64,000 nt of DNA. It comes from an uncultured Gammaproteobacteria bacterium. Its GTDB lineage: Bacteria; Pseudomonadota; Gammaproteobacteria; UBA9214. A model generated the notes under the pieces. That model was not told where the DNA came from and did no database searches. It saw only the letters and a list, made by a program, of their open reading frames with translations. The position numbers and the translations under genes were made by a program. The DNA lies in the NCBI GenBank assembly GCA_963827755.1, contig CAWHCQ010000009.1, positions 54,464 to 118,463 on the forward strand, in the 5' to 3' direction. Below, one piece after another: positions 29,488 to 40,457 of the stretch. How positions within the stretch are numbered: the first letter of the stretch is position 1; each line of letters starts with the position of its first letter.

Positions 29488-29868
29488 TCAGAAAAATTCA
29501 ACATCACGTTCGCTCACCACATGAAGATGAGTCTTGCTATCGGTATATCCCGAAGCAGCAAAGGCCTGTTCAGCCAGACCGCGCAGCTCATCAGGACGGG
29601 AAGCAACAAGCACCAGCCGGAATCGATTAAACTTTTTTTTATCACGCTCCTCAACGCCGCGCTCCAGCGCCGAGGTGATCACTCCCTGAATATCGGGTTC
29701 ACTATCCGTGGTAATAATGTAGATCAACAATCGGCCACCAATACTGACTTTTCTTTCCGAAGCGCCCGCTCTTCCTTCCTGGCAGTCAATTTTTTCAAAC
29801 ACTTCTTCCGGACACGAACAGCCAAGTGTTTCCTGAACAAAACGTTTGATTTCCGGATTTTTTTGCAT
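29488..29868 (-). CDS. Hypothetical protein
   Basis: FVQETLGCSCPEEVF..FNRFRLVL; GAGG RBS. Confidence 0.7.
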   Translation of the reverse strand: MQKNPEIKRFVQETLGCSCPEEVFEKIDCQEGRAGASERKVSIGGRLLIYIITTDSEPDIQGVITSALERGVEERDKKKFNRFRLVLVASRPDELRGLAEQAFAASGYTDSKTHLHVVSERDVEFF

Positions 29869-29902
29869 GGATACCTCAAGACCCCACAGCACCTACCGGT
29901 AC

Positions 29903-30172
29903 TTATTTCAGGGTGCCCTGTACCGTCCCGTCCGGGTTCAGCCCGCAATCCAGCGTCACCACCTCGACTCCATCCATGATCTTGATGGTGAGTCGATCCT
30001 CCGCGAGTTTCTCGATTCCTTCATACTGGGTTCCCGGAGGAAGTGATGCACGCATGCTCTCAAAGCAATCGATTCCCAGCTTGGGATCGACACCCGGGGC
30101 GGAGCGCTGTTGATCACAAGAGGAAAGAAGTGCCGTTACGGCAAGGAAAACAGTCGTGGTGAGGGTTCGCAT
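29903..30172 (-). CDS. Small lipoprotein
   Basis: Lipobox LLSSC. Confidence 0.7.
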   Translation of the reverse strand: MRTLTTTVFLAVTALLSSCDQQRSAPGVDPKLGIDCFESMRASLPPGTQYEGIEKLAEDRLTIKIMDGVEVVTLDCGLNPDGTVQGTLK

Positions 30173-30195
30173 GCTCGGAGTCTCCCGTCTTATTA

Positions 30196-30253
30196 AATGG
30201 TGTCAGAGCACATTTGTTGCCTATATTAGAGTTAAATGTGCTCTGACACCATT
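30196..30253. repeat. Family A element
   Basis: AATGGTGTCAGAGCACATTT..AAATGTGCTCTGACACCATT, perfect 20-bp arms. Confidence 0.92.
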
Positions 30254-30323
30254 ATATGCAATTCACCCGTCACGCCCCATTCTTGTCATTCCATTACGCT
30301 GCCTGACAGCGTATAAAGCGCCC

Positions 30324-31181
30324 ATGAAAGTACCTAAACGATTGAAACCACTGGTCGAAGACGGCCTGATCGACGAGATTCTCTTCCAGTTGATGAGTGG
30401 TAAAGAAGCACAGGTCTATGTGGTTCGCTGTGGCGCAGAGATACGCTGCGCCAAGGTTTATAAAGCCGCTAACCAGCGCAGCTTCAAACAAGCCGTGCAG
30501 TATCAGGAAGGGCGCAAGGTTAAAAACAGCCGCCAGGCCCGCGCCATGGGGAAACGCAGCCGTTACGGACAAAGAGAATCAGAACAAGCCTGGGTCAGCG
30601 CAGAAGTCGATGCGCTCTATTGTTTGGCCGCTGCCGGTGTGCGCGTGCCCACCCCCTATGGCTTTGTTGATGGCGTACTGTTGATGGAACTGATAACCGA
30701 CGACGACGGCATCGCCGCGCCGAGACTCAATGACCTGACCCTGACCAGCACGCAGGCACGTGAGTATCACAAGCGAATAATTGCAGAAATAGTGCGCATG
30801 CTCTGCTCGGGTCTTGTCCATGGCGACTTATCGCCGTTCAACGTGTTAGTTGATAAGGAAGGGCCAGTCATTATCGATCTTCCACAAGCAGTCAATGCCG
30901 CAGGCAATAACAGCGCGGGCACGATGCTGGAGCGGGATGTTGACAATATGGCAATATATTTCGGCCGTTTTGCCCCGGAGTTACTGAAAACCGACTACGG
31001 CAAGGAAATTTGGGGACTGTATGAAAGCGGCAATCTCCAGCACGACACACCACTTAGCGGGCACTTTGCGCGCAGCACGGTGGATGTCGATGTGGCAGAA
31101 GTCCTGCAGGTGATTGACGACGCCCGTGAACAGGAAGCCGAACGGCGCCAACGGGAACTGGCTGCACGGGAAGACAATTAA
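30324..31181 (+). CDS. RIO1-like protein kinase (PA4780 family)
   Basis: LMSGKEA.VY, AKVYK, LVHGDLSPFN, IIDLPQAV. Confidence 0.92.
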   Translation: MKVPKRLKPLVEDGLIDEILFQLMSGKEAQVYVVRCGAEIRCAKVYKAANQRSFKQAVQYQEGRKVKNSRQARAMGKRSRYGQRESEQAWVSAEVDALYCLAAAGVRVPTPYGFVDGVLLMELITDDDGIAAPRLNDLTLTSTQAREYHKRIIAEIVRMLCSGLVHGDLSPFNVLVDKEGPVIIDLPQAVNAAGNNSAGTMLERDVDNMAIYFGRFAPELLKTDYGKEIWGLYESGNLQHDTPLSGHFARSTVDVDVAEVLQVIDDAREQEAERRQRELAAREDN

Positions 31182-31261
31182 AGAAAGAATAAAGGGTTTA
31201 ATGCCTCCGGCCCTTTTTTTGACTGGGTTCAGGGTGCGTTCTACGCACCATGACACCCCCG

Positions 31262-32894
31262 TCATTCATACCCCCCCTCCGTCCCCAACCGCACATCCTC
31301 CACCGCCCCACCCACCGTGAAATGATAAATATCCTGAAACCCCCACCCCGACAAGCCAAGCACCTCGTGCATCGGATCATCAAAGAAACACCCGATCCCC
31401 GTACTGCGGATCCCGGCCGCCTCGGCCTCGAGGTACAGCAACTGACCGATCATCCCGGCCTCCCAGTAAAGCCGCGGATAAAACCACGGCCCATACCGTT
31501 GCAGCGGCCCCTCGAACGCCGCCAGCATCGCCAGACTGAAACACCCGTCACTGGCAATCGCCTGTCGACAGGAAATCTCCCGGGCCGCCGCGCGGGTATC
31601 CCGCTCCATCAGGCAATACAGCGGCAACTGTTCCGGGCAGCCCGGCGGCTTCTCCCACGGGTCGGCCTCGGTGAGCGCCTGCTCGAGCACCGCCCGCTGC
31701 ACCGGGTCGCGCACCAGCAGGTACAGGCCCGGGGGCACATCGTCCACGCGGTGCACCATCAGCGCCAGGTGCAGCGCCGACGTCCAGGGCAGCGTGTTAA
31801 ACGGTACCGCACCGGGCACCGCCAGGGTCCGGTCCAGCATGCGATAAAAATCCATCGCTGACAGGCGCGTCTCCCCGTCCATCGCAACAGCACTGCGCCG
31901 CTGACGAATCATGCGGCGCAAAGAAACAGAACGCGGCGCCGGCAAAAAAGACTGCGGCGGCTGTACAAACGACTCATACGCACACACCCCATGCGGCTTG
32001 CGCAGCTGAACGGGCGAAGTCCTCGAGTCCCCAGTCAACATGGTCCGCACTCAAGCGGTTCGGTTGCCCCTGCCAGTCCAGTGACTCAAAGGACTGACAA
32101 ACCGCCGCAGACAACACCGGCAAGGTCACCGCAGCGGGCCCCGGCAGACAGGCAATCAGCATATCCGGCTCCTCCGCTTCACTCTCGTGCGCCTGCGAGG
32201 TCCCCAGCAACCGGGCCAGCTCATCCGTGCCGGGTTCATCCAGCAGGCGCGTCTGCCAGCCAAGACCGGCGGCCGCCACGCTGAGCGCACCCAGCGCGTG
32301 CCCGGCATCGTGCATGCAATAGCGGTAGGCCCGCCGGCCATACTTCCAGGCCTCGCGCCAGTAGATCGAGGTCAGCCCGATGAAAAACGTCTCCGCGGGA
32401 AAGCCGCTGCACAATCGGTTCCAGCGTTCGCGATCAAACACCGCGCGCACTTCCAGGCCGTGCGCCTGCGCGGTGTAATGGCCGACCATGGGTTGCTCAC
32501 ACAAACCCTCGATGGGCCCGCACACCAGGTAGCCTTCCGTCGGGTGGAGGTTGCCGCTGGAGGCATTGACGCGCAACGCCCAGCGCGCCGCACCCGCGGT
32601 CTTCCAGGCGGACAGCGACAGGCTGTCGTAGAACAGCTGTGAAATGGATTGAAGATTCACCGGCGCCGCAACCGGCAGGCACCCCGGCGTAAAGACCGCA
32701 TCAAAGCCGGGTTCATCGGTCGGTGCGACTTTGTCCAGCGCAATCAAGCGCGCCCCCGCATAGCGGCGAAACGGATCCGGCTGGTTGGCCCAGTCCAGCC
32801 CGTCCGGCCCGCTGGCGAAGCGCTCGAAGCGATGCTTGGTCGCCTGGTGATAGGCAAACACGGCCTGCAAGCGATCAGTTAATGCGGACATCAC
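31262..32894 (-). CDS. SagB/ThcOx-family nitroreductase, frameshifted near 32000
   Basis: YHQATKH, SSGNLHPTE, WREAWKYG in ORF 31974-32894; RRSAVAMDG, GIGCFFDD in ORF 31262-32050. Confidence 0.85.
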
Positions 32895-32977
32895 AAGGCT
32901 CCCTCGCCCGGATCCGGCCCCTTTTTTTGTGAGCTGCCGAACACCCCGCCTGGATTATCCCGCTGTCAGACCCCGTA

Positions 32978-34550
32978 TTACCAGAAGGCCACTACCAGCC
33001 ACAGGGTCAACAGCAGCAGTACCACGGCCTGGGCGCGATAATCCGTCCACCACGGGCCCGGTACGGTGCGCGCCAGGATCTCCGGCCGGTAGGTGAACCG
33101 GGCAACCTGCTGCGGTGATGGTGGCGCCGTTAGCCTCCCGGTCACCCAGAACAGCACGCTGCTGGCAGCAAAGATCAGGCCCGCGATCAGGGTGAAGTGC
33201 AACTCCAGCCAGCCCGTCAACGTGGCGACAAAACACAGCGCCGAGACGGCGTGTCCGCCCAGCAATGTTGCCAGCGCGGCGCCCGCACCCGCACGTGGCC
33301 AGAACAGTCCAAACAGAAAGATCACCACCACCGGCGGCACCAGGAACGCCAGCGCGGTCTGCAGGTAATGGAACAGGCCCTCGAAGCCGCCGATGAGTGG
33401 CGCGACCAGCGCAGACAACAGCATAAACACCACGATGGCGGTGCGTCCGATCCAGACCGTCCGGCGCGGCGTCAAGCTGCGGCCACATCGGTTTGACGAA
33501 ATCCAGTGTCACCAGGGCGGCGGCCGAATTCAGCGTCGAGTCGATACTGGACATCAGCGCCGCAACCAGTGCCGCGAGCACCAGCCCGGCCAGGCCCGGC
33601 GGCAACAGCGTGCTGATCAGCGCAGGAAACACCTGGTCTCCCTGTTCCAGGCCGGGCATAAAAACGCTGGCCATCACACCCGGCAACACCATCAGGAACA
33701 GCACCGGCAGCTTCAGCAGACCGGCGAACAATGCACCGCGACGGGCATGGGCGATGCTGCGGGCTCCCAGCACCCGTTGCACAATGAACTGGTTGGTACA
33801 CCAGAAATAAAATCCCAGTATCGGCACCCCCACCAGCGTACCCAGCCACGGCAGGTTCTCATCCGCAAGCGGTAACATCAGCGACAGGTGCGAGGGCGGG
33901 GTCTGCGCCACCAGCTGTGCCCAGGAAAAATCCAGTTGCGCAAACGCGAGTACCGCGACCACCGAGGATCCGGCCAGCAGGATCACCGCCTGCAGGACAT
34001 CGGTATAGACCACCGCGGCAAGACCACCGGCTGCCGTGTAGAGTCCGGCAATAACCGCCAGCAGCAGCGCCGCAGTGAACAGGTCCAGCCCCGGCATGAA
34101 CACGGTGAGCACGATGGCGCCGGCAAACAGCGTACCCGCGGTGTCTACCACGATATTTGCGACGATGGTCAGCAGGGAAAAATAGCGGCGCACATGGCGG
34201 TCATAGCGGTATTCAAGAAACTCCGGGACCGTGCCAATGCGCGCATTCAGATAGAGCGGCACCAGGAACAGCGCAAACACCACCAGGATCGGGGCTGCCA
34301 TCCATTCGTAATTGGCCACGGCAATACCCCAGGTATAGGCCGCGCCGGTCAGGCCGATCATTGTGGTGCTGGAGATGTTCGAGGCAAACAGCGACAGGCC
34401 AATCGGCAGCCAGCCCAGCCGTCGCCCGGCCAGGAACAGGTCCTCGGCGCTGTGGGTACGCCGCGCCATGCGAAATCCGATGGCAAATACCACCAGGAAG
34501 TAGAGGACAACGATCACGAGATCAACCGTGCTCAGTGATATATCCTGCAT
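32978..34550 (-). CDS. Sodium:solute symporter (SSS), frameshifted near 33472
   Basis: FLAGR, SLFASNIS, NQFIVQRVLGA, ALMSSIDSTLNS; the C-terminal TMs continue in ORF 32978-33475. Confidence 0.85.
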
Positions 34551-34656
34551 GTATACGGACCGCCCCCGGCTAACGAAACAAAGACGACACGGAGATTAAC
34601 GCGCGCAAGTCAGGTTTCATAGTCGCCCTTTTCCACCAGGGAATATAACCAATAAT

Positions 34657-34709
34657 GGCCCCGGAACACATTCTTCACTTGTATTAGAATCAAACGTGCG
34701 CTGACACCC
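34657..34709. repeat. Family A element with degenerate (B-like) left arm
   Basis: GGCCCCGGAACACATT..AAACGTGCGCTGACACCC. Confidence 0.65.
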
Positions 34710-34732
34710 TTTTATTCCGAACAGAGGCAGAA

Positions 34733-35629
34733 ATGAATATCAATCAATCAAGTGAATACGAAATCAAGGATGAGCTCAATTTTGTCGAGACCGAACATGG
34801 ATTTACCTATATCGAGATCAACAATGCCCTGGCCCATGCCACGCTATCGACCTATTCAGGCCAGCTTCTGTCCTACCGGCCAACAAGCCAGAAGAACGAT
34901 TTGCTGTTTCTCAGTGACAAGGCCTACTACCAGGACGGCAAGGCGATAAAAGGCGGTATTCCGGTTTGCTGGCCCTGGTTCGGTCCTGATCCGGATCACC
35001 TCGGAAGGCCCGCACACGGTTTTGTGCGCACCCGTCAATGGGAAGTTAACGCCAGCGAGTCCCTGGCGGATGGCTCGACAAAGGTTGTACTGGGCCTGGC
35101 TGATACGGATGAAACACGCAATATCTGGCCGCACCCGTTCAAACTGAATATCGAAATCAGCGTCGGTGATTCACTCAAGGTCGCGCTTGTTACACACAAT
35201 AGCGGTGAAGAACGCATCACTATCAGCCAGGCACTGCACACCTATTTCCAGGTTGGTGATATCAGCAAGGTCACGGTGCTGGGTCTTGAGGGCAGTGAAT
35301 ACCTGGATAAAGTGGACGGCTCCGCCTGGAAAACGCAATCCGGTCCGGTCACCATCAATGGCGAAGTCGACCGCATCTACACGGACGTCAGCGGTGAACT
35401 GGTGATCGATGATGAATCGCTTGCTCGCAAGATCCGGATCCTCTCCAGAGGGTGCAGCACAGCCGTGGTATGGAATCCATGGATCGAAGGTGCCGCGTCC
35501 ATGGCTGATCTCGGGGACGAGGACTACAGAAAAATGCTCTGTGTTGAAACCGCCAATGCCGGCCCGGAGACGATAGAAATTGACGCAGGTGGCAAGTATC
35601 GTCTCGAAGCGGAGTATACGATCGAGTAG
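34733..35629 (+). CDS. yeaD: D-hexose-6-phosphate mutarotase (YeaD family)
   Basis: KAIKGGIPVCWPWFG, HGFVR, ALHTYF, VVWNPW, MLCVE. Confidence 0.9.
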   Translation: MNINQSSEYEIKDELNFVETEHGFTYIEINNALAHATLSTYSGQLLSYRPTSQKNDLLFLSDKAYYQDGKAIKGGIPVCWPWFGPDPDHLGRPAHGFVRTRQWEVNASESLADGSTKVVLGLADTDETRNIWPHPFKLNIEISVGDSLKVALVTHNSGEERITISQALHTYFQVGDISKVTVLGLEGSEYLDKVDGSAWKTQSGPVTINGEVDRIYTDVSGELVIDDESLARKIRILSRGCSTAVVWNPWIEGAASMADLGDEDYRKMLCVETANAGPETIEIDAGGKYRLEAEYTIE

Positions 35630-35737
35630 TAATAAAAGAGGCCGGATACGAATGGCACTTGCCTGAGCTTAAATCCGATGTCATCCCGGCCAAGGCCCAC
35701 TGTCTGTCCGGCATAATAGAGGAGCGTTAAAAGAAAT

Positions 35738-35788
35738 GGTGCCAGAGCACATTTTTGCCTAATATTAGAAATAATTGTGCTCTGACAC
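35738..35788. repeat. Family A element (B half nearby at 35634-35649)
   Basis: GGTGCCAGAGCACATTT..AATTGTGCTCTGACAC. Confidence 0.8.
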
Positions 35789-35882
35789 GAATGGCAATGC
35801 TAGTGAGCTTAACCTGGCGCCATGCTTGCAATCTGGACGGCGTTCGGTACTATCGAACTTCACTTGAACAGTAAGCGGCACG

Positions 35883-36791
35883 GTGGTCAGCAAGACCGGG
35901 GATACCCTGACCATGAAGACAGACTTTGCCGGCGAGATCAAGATTGCCTGGGACAAGGTCATCAGCGTGTCTACCGTGGCACCGGTGGTGGTGCAGCTGG
36001 ATGATGCGACCGTGCTAAAGGGGACGCTGGCCCGTTCCGGTGACGGCAGTGTCGGTATCCAGGGCAGTGAGCTGGTGCAGGCCGAACAGGTACCCGTGGC
36101 GCGGGTCGCACTGATCAATCCGCCGGTGCCGGAGAACGGTGTCAAGCTGAGCGGGCGTGCCAATGCCGGTTTCTACATTGCCAAGGGCAACACCGACAAG
36201 GAGGCCTACCACGGCGACATCGAGAGCGTGTCGCGCACCAAGCAGAACCGTTTCACGGCTGGCGCGATCTACAATCAGGCAAAGGATAACGACATAGAGA
36301 GTGAGAACAATGCCACGGCCTACCTGAAGTACGACCATTTCCTCACCGAGAAGTGGTACACCTATGCCAATACGCTGCTGTTCAAGGACGACTTCGCGGA
36401 CCTGAACCTGCGCACCACGCTGGGCCTGGGTGCCGGCTACCAGTTTTTCGAGTCGGAGCGGACCAACCTGTCGCTGGAGGGTGGCCTGTCCTACGTGAAC
36501 GAGGACTTCGAACAGGCGGAGGATGACAGCTATCCGGCGGCGCGCTGGTCGCTCAACTACGACCACTTCCTCTATCCGAAAAGGCTGCAGTTCTTCCACT
36601 TCCATGAAGGCCTGCTGGGACTGCAGGATACCAAGGACATCATCATTTTCACGCGCACCGGTTTACGCGCCAGTCTGATCGAAAGTTTCATTGCCACGGC
36701 AGAGGTCGATGTCGACTGGGACAACACCCCGTCACCGGGCAACGACCGGGTCGATACGCGCTACCTGTTTAACCTCGGTTACGGTTGGTAG
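35883..36791 (+). CDS. DUF481 outer-membrane beta-barrel protein, N-terminus disrupted
   Basis: GNTD, LGLGAGYQF, terminal LGYGW; no in-frame signal peptide (upstream MLAIWTAFGTIELHLN is in another frame). Confidence 0.8.
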   Translation: MVSKTGDTLTMKTDFAGEIKIAWDKVISVSTVAPVVVQLDDATVLKGTLARSGDGSVGIQGSELVQAEQVPVARVALINPPVPENGVKLSGRANAGFYIAKGNTDKEAYHGDIESVSRTKQNRFTAGAIYNQAKDNDIESENNATAYLKYDHFLTEKWYTYANTLLFKDDFADLNLRTTLGLGAGYQFFESERTNLSLEGGLSYVNEDFEQAEDDSYPAARWSLNYDHFLYPKRLQFFHFHEGLLGLQDTKDIIIFTRTGLRASLIESFIATAEVDVDWDNTPSPGNDRVDTRYLFNLGYGW

Positions 36792-36807
36792 CGATTGATC
36801 CATGATC

Positions 36808-36833
36808 GATAGGGTCAGACTCACGGTTGATCA
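36808..36833. repeat. Family C left half
   Basis: GATAGGGTCAGACTCACGGTTGATC. Confidence 0.65.
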
Positions 36834-36836
36834 TTG

Positions 36837-37205
36837 TTATCTGGCAATCATCTTGTTGTATTCACTGGCATCGAAAAAGACTTCCAGGGCAATGATTTTT
36901 TCATCCGCCACCGTCGCCAACTGGACCACGGCTACATCCTTCAGGGTTTCCATGGTGGTCCTGTAGTGCAGGATACTGCAGACATCACTGCCGTCGACAA
37001 AGGTCCGGTGTCGCTCGATCCGCACGAGGATCGGGCCGACACGGGAAATGAGGGCTATGCAGGTATCCGCATTGTCGGTCTTTGAGACAGGACTGCGGTA
37101 AGTGAACTGTGTATCTGACAGGAACTCTCTGGCACGCTCGAAATCACGTGCATCGATGGCATCGATGAAGGCCGTGACTATGGTTGCAGGTGACTGCTGG
37201 CTCAT
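36837..37205 (-). CDS. SnoaL-like / NTF2 family protein
   Basis: IVTAFIDAIDARDF, C-terminal KII.LEVFFD. Confidence 0.82.
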   Translation of the reverse strand: MSQQSPATIVTAFIDAIDARDFERAREFLSDTQFTYRSPVSKTDNADTCIALISRVGPILVRIERHRTFVDGSDVCSILHYRTTMETLKDVAVVQLATVADEKIIALEVFFDASEYNKMIAR

Positions 37206-37331
37206 ATGCCAGCCACCAGGATGGAAACAGAGTCCGGATAAAGCTCACTAGTACTCATTACAGCAATACTATCCGGAAATTATTCAGAAGGGAAAATAGT
37301 CGGCTTACTTTCTCATTAGCGGGAATAAGGG

Positions 37332-37350
37332 ACAGACTGACCCTGTTGAT
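37332..37350. repeat. Family C right half
   Basis: AGACTGACCCTGTTGAT. Confidence 0.6.
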
Positions 37351-37417
37351 TTCCCCCTTTTTGTGATATCCATTGATCAGAGTTCCTGAAGCCGTATTGC
37401 CGTACCCCGGAGGAGTG

Positions 37418-38440
37418 ATGATCGGAAACCGACCTGCCTGTAAAACCCTGCCGGGTAGCCTGGTCCTGCTTTGCTGCCTCCTGAGTGTTTCCTGCATCCC
37501 GATCGTCAAACAGTCCCGTGCGTTCCCGGTGGACGCAGCGTTTCTGACGAATCTGTATGCCGATCAACGCGAGCGCATCCTCGTTCTGCCCGTATGGCAG
37601 AATTATCCCGCGTTCATTTCAGAGCCTTCGATCGCTGAATCCTCGACGCTTGCGTTCGGGGACCCGCTGATTCTGCAGGTTGCGGACCTGTACGAGGTCC
37701 ACAACCAGGTGCCCGGGCGGACCATTGCGGGTGTCATGGTGATCATCCCGCTGGCTGCTGTCGGCCATGGCGTGGAATTTTATGGATTTATCATCATCGG
37801 TGAATCCGGCAGGATCACGTGGGTCAGACCGGGGTATCCGAAGTCAAGGGTGTTGTCTTCGGTTTATCTTTCACAAGACGATAAAAACGAACTGCTGCGG
37901 ACATTCCGTGACGTTACCGAGATCCCTTCTCCGCTGACCTCACCTGTATGGCGCTTTATCGGCAAGCTGAAACTCTCCGTCGATTACAGCGCGGATCAAA
38001 GAGACGAGGTTGTCGGTTTTTTACAGGGCATTGATGACGAGATCTCCGGCCGCGGTCTCATCCTGTACCTAAGCGGTGATCGCTACGAGGGCGAGTACAT
38101 CGACGGGCGGCCGCATGGACAGGGTGCCATCAAGAGCACGGACGGACACCGCTACGAGGGAGCCTGGATCGGTGGCGCAATTCAGGGTCGCGGCACCTAC
38201 GCGTGGCCGAATGGCATGCGTTACGACGGTGAGCTGGTGAATGGCAAACCCGAAGGGCGCGGTAAAATGGTCAATCTAAATGGCAACTGGTACGACGGCG
38301 AGTGGCATGACGGCTATGCCGAGGGGGAGGGCAGGACGATGATCGATGGCGAGATGTACGAGGGTGCCTGGTTTCGCGGCTGCCTGCGTGGCAAAGACCA
38401 GCCGATGGGCTGGGGATTGCCGCCAAGGCAATGCCGCTGA
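37418..38440 (+). CDS. MORN-repeat lipoprotein
   Basis: YEGEY..GRPHGQG repeats; LSVSC lipobox; GGAGGAG RBS. Confidence 0.8.
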   Translation: MIGNRPACKTLPGSLVLLCCLLSVSCIPIVKQSRAFPVDAAFLTNLYADQRERILVLPVWQNYPAFISEPSIAESSTLAFGDPLILQVADLYEVHNQVPGRTIAGVMVIIPLAAVGHGVEFYGFIIIGESGRITWVRPGYPKSRVLSSVYLSQDDKNELLRTFRDVTEIPSPLTSPVWRFIGKLKLSVDYSADQRDEVVGFLQGIDDEISGRGLILYLSGDRYEGEYIDGRPHGQGAIKSTDGHRYEGAWIGGAIQGRGTYAWPNGMRYDGELVNGKPEGRGKMVNLNGNWYDGEWHDGYAEGEGRTMIDGEMYEGAWFRGCLRGKDQPMGWGLPPRQCR

Positions 38441-38497
38441 TTAATATAAATAAAGGGTGTAACAATTAATCTGCGTCCTGTTGCCTTAACGTAATTG

Positions 38498-39022
38498 TTA
38501 ACCCTGCTCATGGCGGTTTATAAAACCTTCCAGCGCTTCCAGTCTCATTGGGCCAGGGTTGACGCCGAGCAACTTACCTTGCGGTGAGAACAATAGATAG
38601 GTTGGCGTTCCTCGAAAAGCCTCTTCGGTCAATATTGGATAGTTCAACCCGATCAATGCCAGATTACCAATGTAATTCGGATAACTTAATTCATTGCTGG
38701 CCAGAAAGCGCACTACTTCTTCTTTTTTATCCAGTCCGTCAATCGAAATACCAATGACCCTTGCATCTTTGCCGCTGTGATTTTCATGGAATGAAGAAAT
38801 CATCGGTTCCTGCTGCCGGCATATACTGCAGTCGGTGGCCCAGAACATCAGCAGTACCCACTGTCCCCGGCCAATGTCGTCATTGATCGAATAGGCCTTG
38901 CCATCGATGGTGTGCAAGCCAAAATCCGGCAGGCCGGCATCGGCATATACAGTTTGCGCACATAACAGGCACGCAGCCAGGACCATGCAGTTGATTTGTT
39001 TGAAAACAGTCATCGACGTCAT
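38498..39022 (-). CDS. TlpA-like thioredoxin/peroxiredoxin
   Basis: FWATDCSIC, GTPTYLLF. Confidence 0.85.
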   Translation of the reverse strand: MTSMTVFKQINCMVLAACLLCAQTVYADAGLPDFGLHTIDGKAYSINDDIGRGQWVLLMFWATDCSICRQQEPMISSFHENHSGKDARVIGISIDGLDKKEEVVRFLASNELSYPNYIGNLALIGLNYPILTEEAFRGTPTYLLFSPQGKLLGVNPGPMRLEALEGFINRHEQG

Positions 39023-39040
39023 ACGGGTTGTTCCTGCAAT

Positions 39041-39099
39041 AAAGGGTGTCAGAGCACACACATTCTAATAGTAGGGGAAAATGTGCTCTGACACCCTTT
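39041..39099. repeat. Family A element
   Basis: AAAGGGTGTCAGAGCACA..TGTGCTCTGACACCCTTT. Confidence 0.92.
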
Positions 39100-39108
39100 T
39101 TTATTGAG

Positions 39109-40317
39109 TTATTCCCCGGCCCCGCACTCTTTGCAGTATTTTCCGTGGATATACGTTGCCTTGTTGCAATGACTGCATTGCCTGTACTGGTTAAAACCGC
39201 ATAAAGGACAGGCAGAACTCCCGGGCGGTAAATGCGCCCCGCAATCCTGGCACAGTCCTTTTGTTATTCGCTTCTCGACCAGTTTTTCCCTGGAGAACAG
39301 CTTCTTCTGCAGAAAATAGATCAACGACAACGCCGCCACTATGCCCAGCCCCATCAATAAATAATGCCAGATCGCCACGAGCTTCATGGACTCGAGAAAT
39401 TCAATCACGTGCCTCAGGAGCTTTTTGGGTATGACGTTGTAGACCAACTCGGCAATCTTGAATATCACCGGAATGAAAACCACAACCAGCAGGTGCGAGG
39501 AAACCAGGGACTGGAACGGGCGGCCTGCAGCAATACTTTTTGAATTCCAGAAGAAGAAACCGGCTACCAGCGGCAACAGGAAGAGCATTTCCATCCCGAG
39601 GCGTTTTACCGGGTGCCAGAAATTACGGCTGCGCAGGTCCTCCAGCAGGCTGCGCCTGTCCGCATCGGATGAAGACTCGATCACCTCGAACAACCCGGCC
39701 AGTTCGGGGTGTTGAACCAGCGATGATGCCAGCACCCTTTCCTGCTGCACCAGTGAATCCAGCGTTTCGGTTGTCTTTGAAACCCGTGTTTTCAGCGAGG
39801 CAGTGCTATCACCTGCCCCGCCTTGCGCCGCAATCACCTCGAGAAGCGACGTGTTATAAGCGCCTGTCACCCGCTCAAGTTCCGATTTTACCTGGATCGC
39901 TTCTGTTCTCAGGCGAAGGAATTCGCTTAGTTCAGCAGACAGTTCCCGGTCGTCTTCCATGCTCCGTATCCGTGCTGAAATCGGCGCACAGACAGGATGC
40001 TCCCGCTTTAGCCTGTCTCTCTCATCGATCCGCTCATAACTGCCGCGGAATTCAGACACGATACGGGCAATCCGCACAAGGCGGTTCGACTCGTTCCATT
40101 CTTCATCGATTACCACGTCACGGCAGTGCTGAGGGATATATTCCGCGGGGCTGGTCAATTGACGTGTATGGTCAGCCAACCCCTCGAAAATTGAAATCAG
40201 GATGAACAAATCAAGAAGCAGGACGACCGCAAGCGCCGCCTTGCCGATTGGTTGACTGTCCAGCGTGGTAAGACCGCGTTTGACCGCCTTCAGCTTGTTT
40301 CGTATCAGGCCTGACAT
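39109..40317 (-). CDS. Membrane protein with C-terminal double zinc ribbon
   Basis: TMs, coiled coil, CQDC/CPLC/CSHC/CKEC. Confidence 0.8.
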   Translation of the reverse strand: MSGLIRNKLKAVKRGLTTLDSQPIGKAALAVVLLLDLFILISIFEGLADHTRQLTSPAEYIPQHCRDVVIDEEWNESNRLVRIARIVSEFRGSYERIDERDRLKREHPVCAPISARIRSMEDDRELSAELSEFLRLRTEAIQVKSELERVTGAYNTSLLEVIAAQGGAGDSTASLKTRVSKTTETLDSLVQQERVLASSLVQHPELAGLFEVIESSSDADRRSLLEDLRSRNFWHPVKRLGMEMLFLLPLVAGFFFWNSKSIAAGRPFQSLVSSHLLVVVFIPVIFKIAELVYNVIPKKLLRHVIEFLESMKLVAIWHYLLMGLGIVAALSLIYFLQKKLFSREKLVEKRITKGLCQDCGAHLPPGSSACPLCGFNQYRQCSHCNKATYIHGKYCKECGAGE

Positions 40318-40385
40318 ATCTTCGCACTCCCCGGGTCAAGGGATCAGTGTACTTGAAATGCTGAATTCAAAGGTAGTCTTGCAAT

Positions 40386-40440
40386 AAAGGGGGGCAGCAC
40401 ATTTACCGCTTATATCAGGAGTAAATGTGCCGACACCCTT
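40386..40440. repeat. Family A element (degenerate)
   Basis: AAAGGGGGGCAGCACATTTAC..GTAAATGTGCCGACACCCTT. Confidence 0.75.
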
Positions 40441-40457
40441 AGCTTCCAGCAATGCTC

